Of a stretch of DNA of 64,000 bases, positions 49,752 through 59,712 are shown piece by piece (within the stretch, counting starts at the first letter, position 1; the number at the start of each line of letters is the position of its first letter). The translations under genes and the position numbers were made by a program. The stretch covers positions 907,551-971,550 of the forward strand of contig JAIUPJ010000001.1 in the NCBI GenBank assembly GCA_020160975.1, given 5' to 3'. This stretch comes from Patescibacteria group bacterium (GTDB taxonomy: Bacteria; Patescibacteriota; Saccharimonadia; Saccharimonadales; Saccharimonadaceae). Under the pieces are notes generated by a model. The model made no database searches. It was given only the letters and a program-made list of their open reading frames with translations, and was not told the DNA's origin.

Positions 49752-52430
49752 TCAGTGGCCATTATATGGAACAGGAGAAGCGCTGGCACTGTAGTACGCC
49801 ACGTCAGTCACGGTTGCACCGAGATTACAGCTCGAGTTGACTTCTGACAAGCTAACCGGGAAACTGCCGCTTGCAGAGATAGACTGCGTAGAGATCGTCT
49901 GCGAACCACAGGTGACAGTCAGCTTCTGGAGTGCAAATCGACCATTGGTGACGTTGACGGTGACGGACTTTGCGCTATTGTTTGGCGTACTGATCGTAAC
50001 GGTGGGCTGCGCATCGCCGCACTGGTGTGTGTCGTCATTTTCGTTCGGGAGATAACCGTCGGGAGCAGTGACGATCTCTTTTTTGGTATACGGATCGATA
50101 GTTTTGCTAACAGCGATATCGATTTTTGCGCTAGCGGGCGTGCAGTCCGTCGCCTTTTTTTTGGAAGCTTTGTCGAAGGTCATCGTTGCATTGGTGATTG
50201 ACTGCGTCTTGTTGTAGTACGACGGATATATCTCATTGCCGATTCGCTGAATGCCACTTGGCGCAGTGAACCAGTCGCTGTACTGAGCTTTTCCTTGTTC
50301 GACGTAAAGCTTGGTGACATCAGCCATAGTTCGGTCAAAGAACATAGCCGGAATCAGCGAGTTGCCTTGCCGTAGCGGTGTGGTGTCAGGGTTGCCTAGC
50401 CATACTGCCATCGACAGATTTGGCGTGAAGCCAACTGTCCAGATATCTTTCGGTACGATCTTGCCATAGAGCTCACCATTGCTAGTGCCGGTTTTTGCCG
50501 CGGCCTTGACACGAAGGGCGTTGAGGCTAAACAGGTAGTCCTGATTCCAACCAAGACCTGCGCGGGCGGCGGAGTCACCCATGATGTCTGCGACGATGTA
50601 GGCTGCCTGCGGGTCAATAACTTGTTTGGTTTCAGACTTGTAGCTTTTAAGGGTCTGCCCTGTGCTATTTGTGACTTTGAGGATGGTGGTTTGTGGCATA
50701 TAGACACCCATGCGGCCAAGCGAGGCAAACGCATTGACGTGGTCAACAAGTCGCGTCCCGCAGCCGCCAATAGCGCTCGACAGGCCTGCCTGGGCGTCGG
50801 CACCTTGGGTGCAATAATAGGTGTCACCAAGATTGCGAACCGTCTCCCAGGTGCTGCCTTCTCGGTTTTTTTCGTTGATACCCATTGCCTTAATAGCAGG
50901 GATATTGCGCGAACGATCCAACGCAAGGCGAAGGTTGATATTACCCTGGAACTTTCCATCGGCATTCTGTGGTTTGTACCCGCCAGGGAAAGTCGTAGCC
51001 GTATCGGCAAGGACTGACCCACTACCAAAGTTGGCATTGCCTTCTCCTTGGTTTTGGAAAAGTTGGGCATACACTAATGGCTTAATCGACGAGCCAGGCT
51101 GGATAAATCCAGTCGCCGCATTGTCTTGACCAAATCCAGGGTAGGCAAAATCGCGGCTGCCGACCAGCGCAACCAATTGACCGGTCTTAGTGTCTTCAAT
51201 TGCCGCCGCGCCGTTAGTAAAGCCGGCGTAGTTGGCGCAATTAATATACCCACAGTTACGATCGGTCATCTCACCGCTGAACATGGCAGTCATACTTTCT
51301 TCGAGCTTCGTCTGGACATCGTAGTCCAGCGTGGTTTTGACAGTGAGGCCACCGTTGCCGACAACCGTTTTTCCGAGAGTTTTCTCTAGCTGGGTGCGCA
51401 CCATCAGGACGAAATGCGGTGCTTTGATGCCAGCGAGCTGGTCAGCAAGCGGCTGAACAGTATCCATAATAGCGACTTTTTTGGCGGCCTCGGCTTCTTC
51501 CTTGGTGATGTATTTCATCTCTACCATACCATCGAGAACTTTATGCTGGCGTTCCACAAGTGCCTCGTGCCCTTCGACGTTATAGGGATTGTAGACCGAT
51601 GGGTTGTTGGGGATTGCGGCTAGTAGCGCACATTCTGGGAGCGTCAACTCTTTTGAAGATTTGTGGAAGTAGGTTTGTGCCGCCGACTCGACGCCGTTGC
51701 GACGCCCACCGTAGGGTGATTCATTGAGGTAGAGGCCAAGAATTTGGTCTTTTGGATAGAGCCGCTCGACCTCGATCGCCAGAATCATTTCCTTAATTTT
51801 ACGGGGAACACCTGCCAGACCGCGCTGCTGTGCTTCGTCGGCAAAGTAGACTTGTTTTACCAACTGCTGTGTCAGAGTCGAACCACCCTGGACAGCATTG
51901 CCCTGTGAGTTACTGATGAAAGCACGCAGTAGGCCGCTTGGGCTAATGCCGTTGTGCTGATAAAATTCTTTATCCTCGATAGCGATCGTGGCCTTGCCCA
52001 TGCAGGGTGAAATTGTTTTTGGATCAACGACAAGCGTGTAATCACCATCGCCCTTGTCTTCCCAGAGTAGTTTGTCGTTGCGGTCGTAGTATTTTGTGAC
52101 CGTGGTCTTGACACGCTGAGACAGTGTGCCAGGCCGAATCGCATCGAGATCTTTGCGGTAATAAGCAAATAACGCCAATACCATCAGGATGCTAATTGCT
52201 AGAAATACCCCGAGGCCCTTGAGTAGCGCCAACGCACCGCGACGGCTAAACCAAAATGCAGCAACACGCTTTGGGTGGAGGCGATGAATGATTCGCTTAA
52301 GAGGATGCTTGGGGAGCGTGGCGAGATATTCGGCTTTCTTGCGCGCCTTGGTATCTTTTTTGGTGCGGCGCTTGGTCGCGAGATTTGAGTACACGCTAAT
52401 GGCGCGTGAAGGCTTCTTCGTTTTTACCAC
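49752..52430 (-). CDS. class A penicillin-binding protein (transglycosylase plus transpeptidase) with a ~200-aa Ser/Thr-rich C-terminal extension
   Basis: 892 aa. GT51 motifs (EDKEFYQHNG; GGSTLTQQLVK), transpeptidase SxxK/SxN/KTG, and a long C-terminal tail. Confidence 0.9.
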   Translation of the reverse strand: MVKTKKPSRAISVYSNLATKRRTKKDTKARKKAEYLATLPKHPLKRIIHRLHPKRVAAFWFSRRGALALLKGLGVFLAISILMVLALFAYYRKDLDAIRPGTLSQRVKTTVTKYYDRNDKLLWEDKGDGDYTLVVDPKTISPCMGKATIAIEDKEFYQHNGISPSGLLRAFISNSQGNAVQGGSTLTQQLVKQVYFADEAQQRGLAGVPRKIKEMILAIEVERLYPKDQILGLYLNESPYGGRRNGVESAAQTYFHKSSKELTLPECALLAAIPNNPSVYNPYNVEGHEALVERQHKVLDGMVEMKYITKEEAEAAKKVAIMDTVQPLADQLAGIKAPHFVLMVRTQLEKTLGKTVVGNGGLTVKTTLDYDVQTKLEESMTAMFSGEMTDRNCGYINCANYAGFTNGAAAIEDTKTGQLVALVGSRDFAYPGFGQDNAATGFIQPGSSIKPLVYAQLFQNQGEGNANFGSGSVLADTATTFPGGYKPQNADGKFQGNINLRLALDRSRNIPAIKAMGINEKNREGSTWETVRNLGDTYYCTQGADAQAGLSSAIGGCGTRLVDHVNAFASLGRMGVYMPQTTILKVTNSTGQTLKSYKSETKQVIDPQAAYIVADIMGDSAARAGLGWNQDYLFSLNALRVKAAAKTGTSNGELYGKIVPKDIWTVGFTPNLSMAVWLGNPDTTPLRQGNSLIPAMFFDRTMADVTKLYVEQGKAQYSDWFTAPSGIQRIGNEIYPSYYNKTQSITNATMTFDKASKKKATDCTPASAKIDIAVSKTIDPYTKKEIVTAPDGYLPNENDDTHQCGDAQPTVTISTPNNSAKSVTVNVTNGRFALQKLTVTCGSQTISTQSISASGSFPVSLSEVNSSCNLGATVTDVAYYSASASPVPYNGH

Positions 52431-52543
52431 GTTTATTTACTTCCCATAAGCAATATTACTTTCATTATATACCAAAACAGCCTGTGCGCGAATTGATTTT
52501 TCGTGGTACTATAACTACGATAAATAGAGAGAGGAAACAGCCC

Positions 52544-53755
52544 ATGACACTTTCAGAAGAGCTCGCGTGGCGAGGGTTTATCAACCAATCGACCTTCGCT
52601 GATATCAAAGAATTGGACGAACAGACCCGGACTTTCTATTGGGGCGTTGACCCAAGTGCAGATAGTATGACGATTGGCCACTTAGCGCCAGCGATGATGA
52701 TTCGGCATTTTATGAACCACGGCTACAAAGCAATTTTACTGGCCGGCGGTGCTACGGGCATGATTGGTGACCCAGACGGCAAAAAACAAGAGAGAGACTT
52801 GAAGTCCCCTGAAGAAATTAGCCGCAATGTTGACGGATTAGTCGCGCAGTACAAGACGGTGTTTGCTGGCCAAGAGTTTGATCTTGTGAACAACTACGAC
52901 TGGTTCCATGAAATTGGCTTTTTGCAGTTTTTGCGTGAGGTTGGTAAGCATATGAGTATGACACAGCTGCTCGATCGAGAGTTTATCAAGTCTCGTATCG
53001 GTGAAGGCGGCGAAGGGATTAGTTATGCTGAGTTTAGTTATGCGTTGATCCAGGGCTACGACTTCCTCCATTTATTCCGTGAAAAAGGCGCGACGCTACA
53101 GGTGGCGGGCGCCGACCAGTGGGGTAATAGTATCGCCGGCGTGTCACTAATTCGCAAACTAGAAAGCGCAGAAGCACATGTCTTTACAACGCCCCTCATT
53201 ATCAACAAGCAAACAGGAGTGAAGTTCGGCAAGAGCGAGGCGGGCGCCGTGTGGCTCGATCCTGCCAAGACCAGTCCCTACCAGTTCTATCAGTTTTGGT
53301 TGAACTGCGACGACGAGACCAGCGAAGATTTGATAAAAATTTACACTTTGCTTGGCAAAGATGAAGTAGAGGGTGTCATTGTGTCCCACAAAAGCAATCC
53401 CGGAGCACGCTTGTTGCAAAAAACCCTCGCACGCGAGGTTACTGAGCTCATACACGGTCGTGAGCGCTGCGAATCAGTAGAGCGGGTCACCGCTGTATTG
53501 TTCGGCGGTGAGAACTTCCAGAGTTTGAGCGAAGCAGATATTGATGAGCTTGCTGCCGAAATCCCAACTGTCAGCAAGCAGACGGTTGTTACAGCTCTTG
53601 TCGAATCAGAAGTTGTCGCGAGCAATGGCGAAGCCAAGCGCTTGATCGAAGGAGGCGGCGTAAGTGTGAATGGTCAAAAAATTACCGATGACCACGATAT
53701 AACAGAGACAAGTTTAGTCAAAAAAGGCAAAAATAGTTTTGTGCTCGTACGCTAA
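52544..53755 (+). CDS. tyrS: tyrosyl-tRNA synthetase
   Basis: HIGH-region (DPSADSMTIGHL), KFGKS (KMSKS) and a C-terminal S4 domain. The RBS GAGAGAGGA supports the ATG at 52544 rather than the ORF-track start 52406. Confidence 0.93.
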   Translation: MTLSEELAWRGFINQSTFADIKELDEQTRTFYWGVDPSADSMTIGHLAPAMMIRHFMNHGYKAILLAGGATGMIGDPDGKKQERDLKSPEEISRNVDGLVAQYKTVFAGQEFDLVNNYDWFHEIGFLQFLREVGKHMSMTQLLDREFIKSRIGEGGEGISYAEFSYALIQGYDFLHLFREKGATLQVAGADQWGNSIAGVSLIRKLESAEAHVFTTPLIINKQTGVKFGKSEAGAVWLDPAKTSPYQFYQFWLNCDDETSEDLIKIYTLLGKDEVEGVIVSHKSNPGARLLQKTLAREVTELIHGRERCESVERVTAVLFGGENFQSLSEADIDELAAEIPTVSKQTVVTALVESEVVASNGEAKRLIEGGGVSVNGQKITDDHDITETSLVKKGKNSFVLVR

Positions 53756-53808
53756 CCTGTGTGATTATGTAGGCTGAGGCACTGATCATATATAACTTGG
53801 AGGTAAAA

Positions 53809-55584
53809 ATGAACGATTTGCAAAGCCATCTTTCCGAAGCGGCAGTCAACAATATTGAAATATGGCTGACACTGCCGAAGTATGCCGAGTACAAGCAGGA
53901 GCTTCTAGCAATGATTGAGGCTAAACGATGGAAAGATCTTGAAGACTCATTTTTTAAGGTTATAGAATTTGGGACCGGAGGACGACGGGGTGCAACAGGC
54001 GTGGGAAGTAATCGAATTAACCGCGTCACAATTGGCGAATCAACGCAAGCGCTCTGTCTCTATGCTGCACAAGCTGATTCAGAGGCGCCCACAAAAGGAG
54101 TCGTGATCGCCTGTGACACCCGACTAAGCTCACCGGAGCTTAGTCGTTATGCAGCTCAGGTAGCTGCAGCCAACGGATTTAAGACATATATCTTCGATAG
54201 TTTTCGTGCGACACCCGAACTAAGTTTTGCGGTGAGAGAGCTGGGCTGTGCAGTTGGTATTGTCATCAGTGCTAGTCATAATCCCCCCGCTGATAACGGC
54301 TTCAAAGCGTATTGGAGTGATGGTGGACAGCTTGTCGCACCTCATGACAAAGGCGTACTTGAAGTAGCAGCAAAGGTCGAAATGATACAATCGCTCGACT
54401 CTTACGAAGAAGGTGTCGCTAGCGGGAAGATAACCATAATCTCTAGCGAGATTGATGACAAATACCTTAATGCTGTCGTCGCGCAGGCAGAAGGATCGGT
54501 CCGTGATATCAAGATTGTCTACTCGCCTTTACACGGTGCTGGACAGACAAATGTATTACCAGCCCTAGAGCGGGCGGGTTTTAAAGACATCATCATTGTC
54601 GCTGATCAAATGGTGCCGGATGGAAACTTCCCTACAATAGAGAATGGCAAGCCTAACCCGGAAGAAAAGGTAGCAAATGACCGCGCTGTGGCGCTCATGC
54701 TTGCAGAGGATGCCGATATCGCGATTACGAACGATCCAGATGCCGACCGGATTGGCGTGATGGTGCGCCAGGGTGACGAACCCATTTACTTGAACGGTAA
54801 CCAGGCTGCGGTACTGGCTACTGAATACGCGCTTCGCAAGAGACACGAAAGAAGCGAGCTTACGTCACGTCACTACGTAGCTAAAACTATCGTGACAACA
54901 GACATGCTTGGAGCGGTCGCGGATCAATATGGCGTAAAGACGTATGGCAATATGTTAATCGGGTTTAAGTATATTGGTGAGCTGATTCTTAATAAAGAAA
55001 ACACTGACGAGGTGTTTGTGATCGGGGGCGAGGAGAGCTACGGACTGCTAAAAGGTGATTATGCGCGAGATAAAGACGGCGCGACCGGTGCGTTGCCGCT
55101 CACAGAATATGCTGCAGAGCTAAAAGCAGAAGGTAAAACTTTGTGGGATAGAATGCTGGAGTTGTATGTAGAGTACGGCCTTTACGTAGAGCGACTCGAT
55201 ACGATGGTGTGCCCAGGTGCTGAGGGATTCATGCAGATGCAACAAATCATGGCAGACTTGCGCGATAATCCACCGACGCAGATTGATAACCATAAAGTAA
55301 CGGCTGTGCTAGACTACAAGACGCTCAAGCGAACCGAACTAAAGACTGGCGAGACAACAAAGATCGACTGCATATCAGGTGATGTGTTCGTATTGGAGTT
55401 TGGTGATAGGCGTCGTCGTATCACTATTCGTCCGAGCGGCACTGAGCCAAAGCTGAAGTTTTACAATCAATGGCACACTGAAGCGAGTAACCCTAAATCG
55501 GACTACGATGAAGTGATGCAGGAGCTTGAAAACACTTCGAGAGAACTAGAGGGGATTTTACTTGCTCGTATCAGTTCATGTTGA
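53809..55584 (+). CDS. alpha-D-phosphohexomutase (phosphoglucomutase/phosphomannomutase family)
   Basis: Active-site SASHNPP, metal-binding DPDADR and sugar-binding GEESYG motifs. Confidence 0.85.
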   Translation: MNDLQSHLSEAAVNNIEIWLTLPKYAEYKQELLAMIEAKRWKDLEDSFFKVIEFGTGGRRGATGVGSNRINRVTIGESTQALCLYAAQADSEAPTKGVVIACDTRLSSPELSRYAAQVAAANGFKTYIFDSFRATPELSFAVRELGCAVGIVISASHNPPADNGFKAYWSDGGQLVAPHDKGVLEVAAKVEMIQSLDSYEEGVASGKITIISSEIDDKYLNAVVAQAEGSVRDIKIVYSPLHGAGQTNVLPALERAGFKDIIIVADQMVPDGNFPTIENGKPNPEEKVANDRAVALMLAEDADIAITNDPDADRIGVMVRQGDEPIYLNGNQAAVLATEYALRKRHERSELTSRHYVAKTIVTTDMLGAVADQYGVKTYGNMLIGFKYIGELILNKENTDEVFVIGGEESYGLLKGDYARDKDGATGALPLTEYAAELKAEGKTLWDRMLELYVEYGLYVERLDTMVCPGAEGFMQMQQIMADLRDNPPTQIDNHKVTAVLDYKTLKRTELKTGETTKIDCISGDVFVLEFGDRRRRITIRPSGTEPKLKFYNQWHTEASNPKSDYDEVMQELENTSRELEGILLARISSC

Positions 55585-55615
55585 CTGTTTACAGTGCGAG
55601 GTATACTAGTTTAGT

Positions 55616-57799
55616 ATGAACCTAGCGACGAGTCTTGACCAGATAAAGGGAGTGGGGCCGAAAACTGCCGAGCAACTGCGCACGGCGGGGCTTCGGACGG
55701 TCGGCGATTTGCTGATGTTCTTACCGATGCGGCACGAGGATTTTACAGGACTTACGACGATTGCTGATCTTAAGCCTGGCAAAGTCACTATAAAGGCACG
55801 GTGTGAGGCGATTTCGACGCGACCGGTGCGCCGTGGCCTACGCCTAACTACCGCGGTATTGGCAGACGACACCGGCAAGCTCAATGCCGTGTGGTTCAAC
55901 CAGCCATATCGTACTCAGCAGCTTGGCGGTAGCAACGATGAATTTTATTTTAGCGGTGCGTTCGAATACAATTACGGCAAATATCAGCTGACAAATCCTA
56001 GTGCGGAGCTGGCAAAAGATTTGCCGGTGCAGGCAGAGCGCCTCGTGCCGGTGTATCACTCGATTCGTGGCCTCAAGAGTCAGGTGGTGCGCAAAGTGCT
56101 CGAGGAACTGCGCCCACTCATGAGTGTGCTGCCCGAAACGCTTCCTGAATCTATCGTGGCATCAGAAAAGCTGATGAGCCGCGCAGATGCTATCGCTACG
56201 ATGCATTTCCCGAAACGACTTGAAGACGTCACCAAGGCGCGCGAGCGGTTGGCGTTTGAGGAGTTGTTTGAGCTACTGCTCGCGAGTCAATTAAATAAGC
56301 AGTCGAACCAAAAGCTCGCTGGGTATCATATTCCGTTTGAGGTGAGTGTTGTCAAAGATTTTGTGTCACAGCTGCCGTTTCAGCTGACGAACGCTCAGCG
56401 AAAAGCCGCCTGGGATGTTGTGCAAGATTTTGAAAAATCCGTACCAATGAACCGGCTACTCCAGGGCGATGTCGGCAGCGGCAAGACTGTTGTTGCCGGG
56501 TTGGCGGCACGACAGGCGGCGAGCCAGGGCTACCAGACGGCTATCATGGCTCCGACTGAAATCCTCGCCACCCAGCATGCCGAGACGCTCGACAGGCTTT
56601 TGGCGCCTTTTGGCGTGAAGGTCGGTCTGTTGATTGGCAGCGTCAAGGGTAAGGCCCGGACGACGCTGTATGAGCAAATTGCGAACGGGAAAGTTGATGT
56701 GGTGGTTGGCACGCACGCACTCATTCAGGACAAGGTCGAGTTTCATAACCTTGGCTTTGTTGTCATTGATGAGCAGCATCGATTTGGAGTCGAGCAGCGG
56801 CAGAAATTGCTCGCAAAGTCGAAAGGGAGCGTCCGTCCATTTACTTCTTCACAATCGGTCAGGCCTGGAGAATCTAGGCCTACGGGCCTGGAATCTCCAG
56901 AGATTGACGCGCGGATCGTCAATGGTTCAGAATTGAACGGACGGACGCCTCACGATGAGCCGGCGCTTGTGCAAGGACTTTTGCCCCACTTACTCGCGAT
57001 GACTGCGACGCCCATTCCGCGTAGCCTTGCACTTACCGTCTATGGCGAGCTGGACATTAGTGTGCTAAATGAGCGCCCGGCCAATCGCTTGCCCATCAAA
57101 ACGCAGATTGTGTCGCCAGTGTCGGCGGCGAAGATCTACGAGCAGGTCGATAAGGAGATTGCAACTGGTCGTCAAGTTTATGTTATTTGCAGCTTGATCG
57201 AGGAAAACCCGGACAATGAGGTAAAAAGTGTACAAGTAGAGTATAAACGGCTCAAAAACAGTGTGTTTGGTCATCGCAAGATCGGCCTGCTGCATGGTAA
57301 GATGAAGCCGACAGAAAAAGAGCAGGTTATGCAGGACTTCAAGGACAAAAAATACGATATCCTTGTCAGCACTACCGTCGTCGAGGTAGGTGTTGACGTG
57401 TCTAACGCTACTGTGATGATCATCGAAAATGCCGATCGGTTTGGCTTGGCGCAGCTGCACCAGCTGCGTGGGCGCGTGGGACGAGCAGAGTACCAGAGTT
57501 ACTGCTATCTGATGATGAGCGGAACAAACAAGCCAAGCGAACGGCTACGCGAAGTTGAGAAAAGTAATGACGGCTTTTACCTCGCTGAAGTTGATATGCA
57601 ACTGCGTGGCCCGGGCGAAATCTATGGTCGCATGCAGAGCGGCGCGCTCAATCTCCAGATTGCGACACTCGCCGACACGGCGCTCATTTCTCGTGCGCAA
57701 AAAGCCGCCAAGCGCTTCATCGAGCACGAAGATATCGGTAGTTATGCTGGTCTGAACGAGCGTGTCCGGTACTATCAGCGCCTGACGACGCTGAATTAG
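55616..57799 (+). CDS. recG: ATP-dependent DNA helicase RecG (carries a ~40-aa in-frame insertion between helicase motifs II and III)
   Basis: 727 aa. Wedge domain, Walker A GDVGSGKT, DEQH and MTATPIPRS motifs. Confidence 0.95.
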   Translation: MNLATSLDQIKGVGPKTAEQLRTAGLRTVGDLLMFLPMRHEDFTGLTTIADLKPGKVTIKARCEAISTRPVRRGLRLTTAVLADDTGKLNAVWFNQPYRTQQLGGSNDEFYFSGAFEYNYGKYQLTNPSAELAKDLPVQAERLVPVYHSIRGLKSQVVRKVLEELRPLMSVLPETLPESIVASEKLMSRADAIATMHFPKRLEDVTKARERLAFEELFELLLASQLNKQSNQKLAGYHIPFEVSVVKDFVSQLPFQLTNAQRKAAWDVVQDFEKSVPMNRLLQGDVGSGKTVVAGLAARQAASQGYQTAIMAPTEILATQHAETLDRLLAPFGVKVGLLIGSVKGKARTTLYEQIANGKVDVVVGTHALIQDKVEFHNLGFVVIDEQHRFGVEQRQKLLAKSKGSVRPFTSSQSVRPGESRPTGLESPEIDARIVNGSELNGRTPHDEPALVQGLLPHLLAMTATPIPRSLALTVYGELDISVLNERPANRLPIKTQIVSPVSAAKIYEQVDKEIATGRQVYVICSLIEENPDNEVKSVQVEYKRLKNSVFGHRKIGLLHGKMKPTEKEQVMQDFKDKKYDILVSTTVVEVGVDVSNATVMIIENADRFGLAQLHQLRGRVGRAEYQSYCYLMMSGTNKPSERLREVEKSNDGFYLAEVDMQLRGPGEIYGRMQSGALNLQIATLADTALISRAQKAAKRFIEHEDIGSYAGLNERVRYYQRLTTLN
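56828..56947 (+). mobile_element. 120-bp element bounded by perfect 10-bp inverted repeats (gcgtccgtcc ... ggacggacgc) with internal direct repeats, inserted in frame in recG; candidate MITE/RPE-like element
   Basis: Read directly. IRs at 56828-37 and 56938-47. Internal near-direct repeats ggcctggagaatct / ggcctggaatctcc flank a palindromic aggcct. Length 120 = 40 codons, no stop. Confidence 0.45.
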
Positions 57800-57944
57800 C
57801 CAGTGCAAACGTAATCAGTTTCTGCTAGTATAATACCAATGGAGACTCTAATGTGCCGGCAGGGAAAAGCGCAGCCAGTCCGAGTGGATTTACTCCACTC
57901 CACCGCGCGATGGGAAAAACCGTAGGTTTGTCCTATTTCTATCT

Positions 57945-58751
57945 ATGTATTCTGGCACCACTATTCACGGCAAATCGGGCGACATCATGGGTGTCCACCA
58001 AAAGATCGATCGCGTCGCGCGGCGGCATTTTGGTGTGCTACCGGGTGTGGCAGGTGGTTTTCCTACCATCAAAGAAATTTTGCATTTTGAGGGCAACAAC
58101 GGGCCTGACGGTATCAAGCGCAAGAGCCCGAGCATCGACGAGCCGTGGCATTATGTTGACCCTACAAGACCAGACGACACCGAACTTATGACGATGATTC
58201 TGGATCATCATCACAATCTTGTCGAGGCACTTCAGAGCGGCAACCAGCCACGGGCGGCATTTGAGGCCGCTTGGCTTGCCCACGCCATTGTCGATGGACT
58301 GACACCTGCGCATCACTATCCTCTTGGCGACAAAATTGAGGAGCTATGGGGCAAGCCAAAGGACGAGCGTCTCACGATTCGGGAAAAAAATGTTATCAAA
58401 GGCAAAAATCGCCGCGACACCATTAGCAAGAACTGGCAGTACTGGGGAGCGAAGGGCGTGTTCGTGACGCATGGACTATTTGAGCTAGGTGTCGCAACAA
58501 GCATCAAGACAACGCGTTTTCGCGGCATCGGCCCATCGCATGAATGGCTGAAGCACGCTGACGACAGGGGGCTGGAAAAGGTGTTTAGCGATGCTGTGCA
58601 GCAGATTTTTGCGCTCGACATGTATCATAATTTTTGGCAGAATGGCTGGTCGACCCAGCTCGCACAGCAAACTCGCAAAGAGCTCGTACCAGAGATTATT
58701 CGAGTTGTGTCATACTTTTGGTATCATGCCTATCGCGAGGCAGAGCTATGA
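57945..58751 (+). CDS. hypothetical protein; possible zinc-dependent phospholipase-C/P1-nuclease-like fold
   Basis: 268-aa ORF. HAIVDGLTPAHH resembles the H-x3-D-x2-TP-x-H metal-binding segment of the Zn-PLC family. A likely alternative start is the Met at 57987. Confidence 0.35.
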   Translation: MYSGTTIHGKSGDIMGVHQKIDRVARRHFGVLPGVAGGFPTIKEILHFEGNNGPDGIKRKSPSIDEPWHYVDPTRPDDTELMTMILDHHHNLVEALQSGNQPRAAFEAAWLAHAIVDGLTPAHHYPLGDKIEELWGKPKDERLTIREKNVIKGKNRRDTISKNWQYWGAKGVFVTHGLFELGVATSIKTTRFRGIGPSHEWLKHADDRGLEKVFSDAVQQIFALDMYHNFWQNGWSTQLAQQTRKELVPEIIRVVSYFWYHAYREAEL

Positions 58752-59308
58752 GCTCAATTCGCGTGATTTCAGGACGCTTCGGTGGGCGCAAGCTCGATGC
58801 GCCAAGCGAGGGCAATACCCGTACCAAACCGATGGGCGAGCGAATCCGCAACGCGCTGTTCAACAGTATCGGTGCAGAGATTCAAGATGCACGGGTGCTC
58901 GATGCGTTTGCTGGCACGGGCTCAGTTGGCATCGAGGCGCTGAGCCGTGGGGCAGAGTTTGTGACATTTGTTGAGCGTGACAATGTAGCGGGCAAAATAC
59001 TCATCAACAATATCGCGGCTCTCGGCTTGAAGGGCGAGACGGAGATTATTCGCACAACAATCAACAATTGGCTCGAGACGTCTCAGCACGAGTTGTACGA
59101 TGTTATTTTCGCCGATCCACCCTATCATGATGTGCAGTTATCCACAGTCAGTAAGCTCTTTGCTCTTCTCAAACCCAATGGGCTTATGGTATTATCTCAT
59201 CCAGGAAGAGGTGAGGTGCCAAATCTAATCAAGCTCGGAATTGTTGTGGTGGACAATCGTAGTTATGGAAATGCCTATCTCACCTTCTTCCGCCGAAGAA
59301 GTGACTAG
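58748..59308 (+). CDS. rsmD: 16S rRNA (guanine966-N2)-methyltransferase RsmD-family
   Basis: MSSIRVISGRFGGRKL...TRPM..RIR.ALFN..VLDAFAGTGSVGIEALSRGA...ADPPY. ATGA overlap with the upstream ORF. Confidence 0.85.
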   Translation: MSSIRVISGRFGGRKLDAPSEGNTRTKPMGERIRNALFNSIGAEIQDARVLDAFAGTGSVGIEALSRGAEFVTFVERDNVAGKILINNIAALGLKGETEIIRTTINNWLETSQHELYDVIFADPPYHDVQLSTVSKLFALLKPNGLMVLSHPGRGEVPNLIKLGIVVVDNRSYGNAYLTFFRRRSD

Positions 59309-59328
59309 CACCCTCCTAGGGTGTTTTT
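59309..59328 (+). terminator. intrinsic terminator after rsmD
   Basis: caccct cct agggtg followed by ttttt. Confidence 0.55.
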
Positions 59329-59481
59329 AATTGGGTTAACGACAAGGCAAATAAAAGCCGTCTCGTATATGTCACCATAAAACTTTTATCACCTGAGAAC
59401 TGTACTGTGCGCTCCATAATTTCTCCTTTTCTATTGGTGAGTCCAGTATATCAAAATTCTATTTTTACTCGGCAAAGCTAG

Positions 59482-59507
59482 TTGCAGGTGAGTGTGTTTG
59501 ATATAAT
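59482..59507 (+). promoter_or_regulatory. extended -10 promoter for tRNA-Leu (TTGCAG ... TGaTATAAT)
   Basis: ttgcag at 59482-87 and tgatataat at 59499-59507, 10 nt upstream of the tRNA 5' end. Confidence 0.4.
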
Positions 59508-59517
59508 ATGTGTATAC

Positions 59518-59602
59518 GCGGATGTGGTGGAATTGGTAGACACGCATGCCTTAGGAGCATGTGCCTCACGGCGTGAAGGTTCAAGTCCTTTCATCCGCAC
59601 CA
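59518..59602 (+). tRNA. tRNA-Leu (anticodon TAG) with long variable arm and encoded CCA
   Basis: Cloverleaf folded by hand. Acceptor GCGGATG/CATCCGC, anticodon stem CATGC/GCATG with loop CTTAGGA, T-arm GGTTCAAGTCC, 3' ACCA. Confidence 0.9.
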
Positions 59603-59712
59603 TGCAAAGAATCGATCGTTTGGTCGGTTTTTTGTTTTGTGTGAATAGAAGTGGCTACTGCTCACGCTTATGCTAAAATATAGGCAATGAGTGTAATACT
59701 ATTGGGGGTTAG

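Noticed and set aside
59286-59303. Perfect palindrome cttcttc-cgcc-gaagaag at the 3' end of rsmD
   Set aside because: It lies inside the coding sequence (FFRRRSD) immediately before the real terminator at 59309-59328. It is likely incidental or part of terminator-proximal structure, not a separate element.
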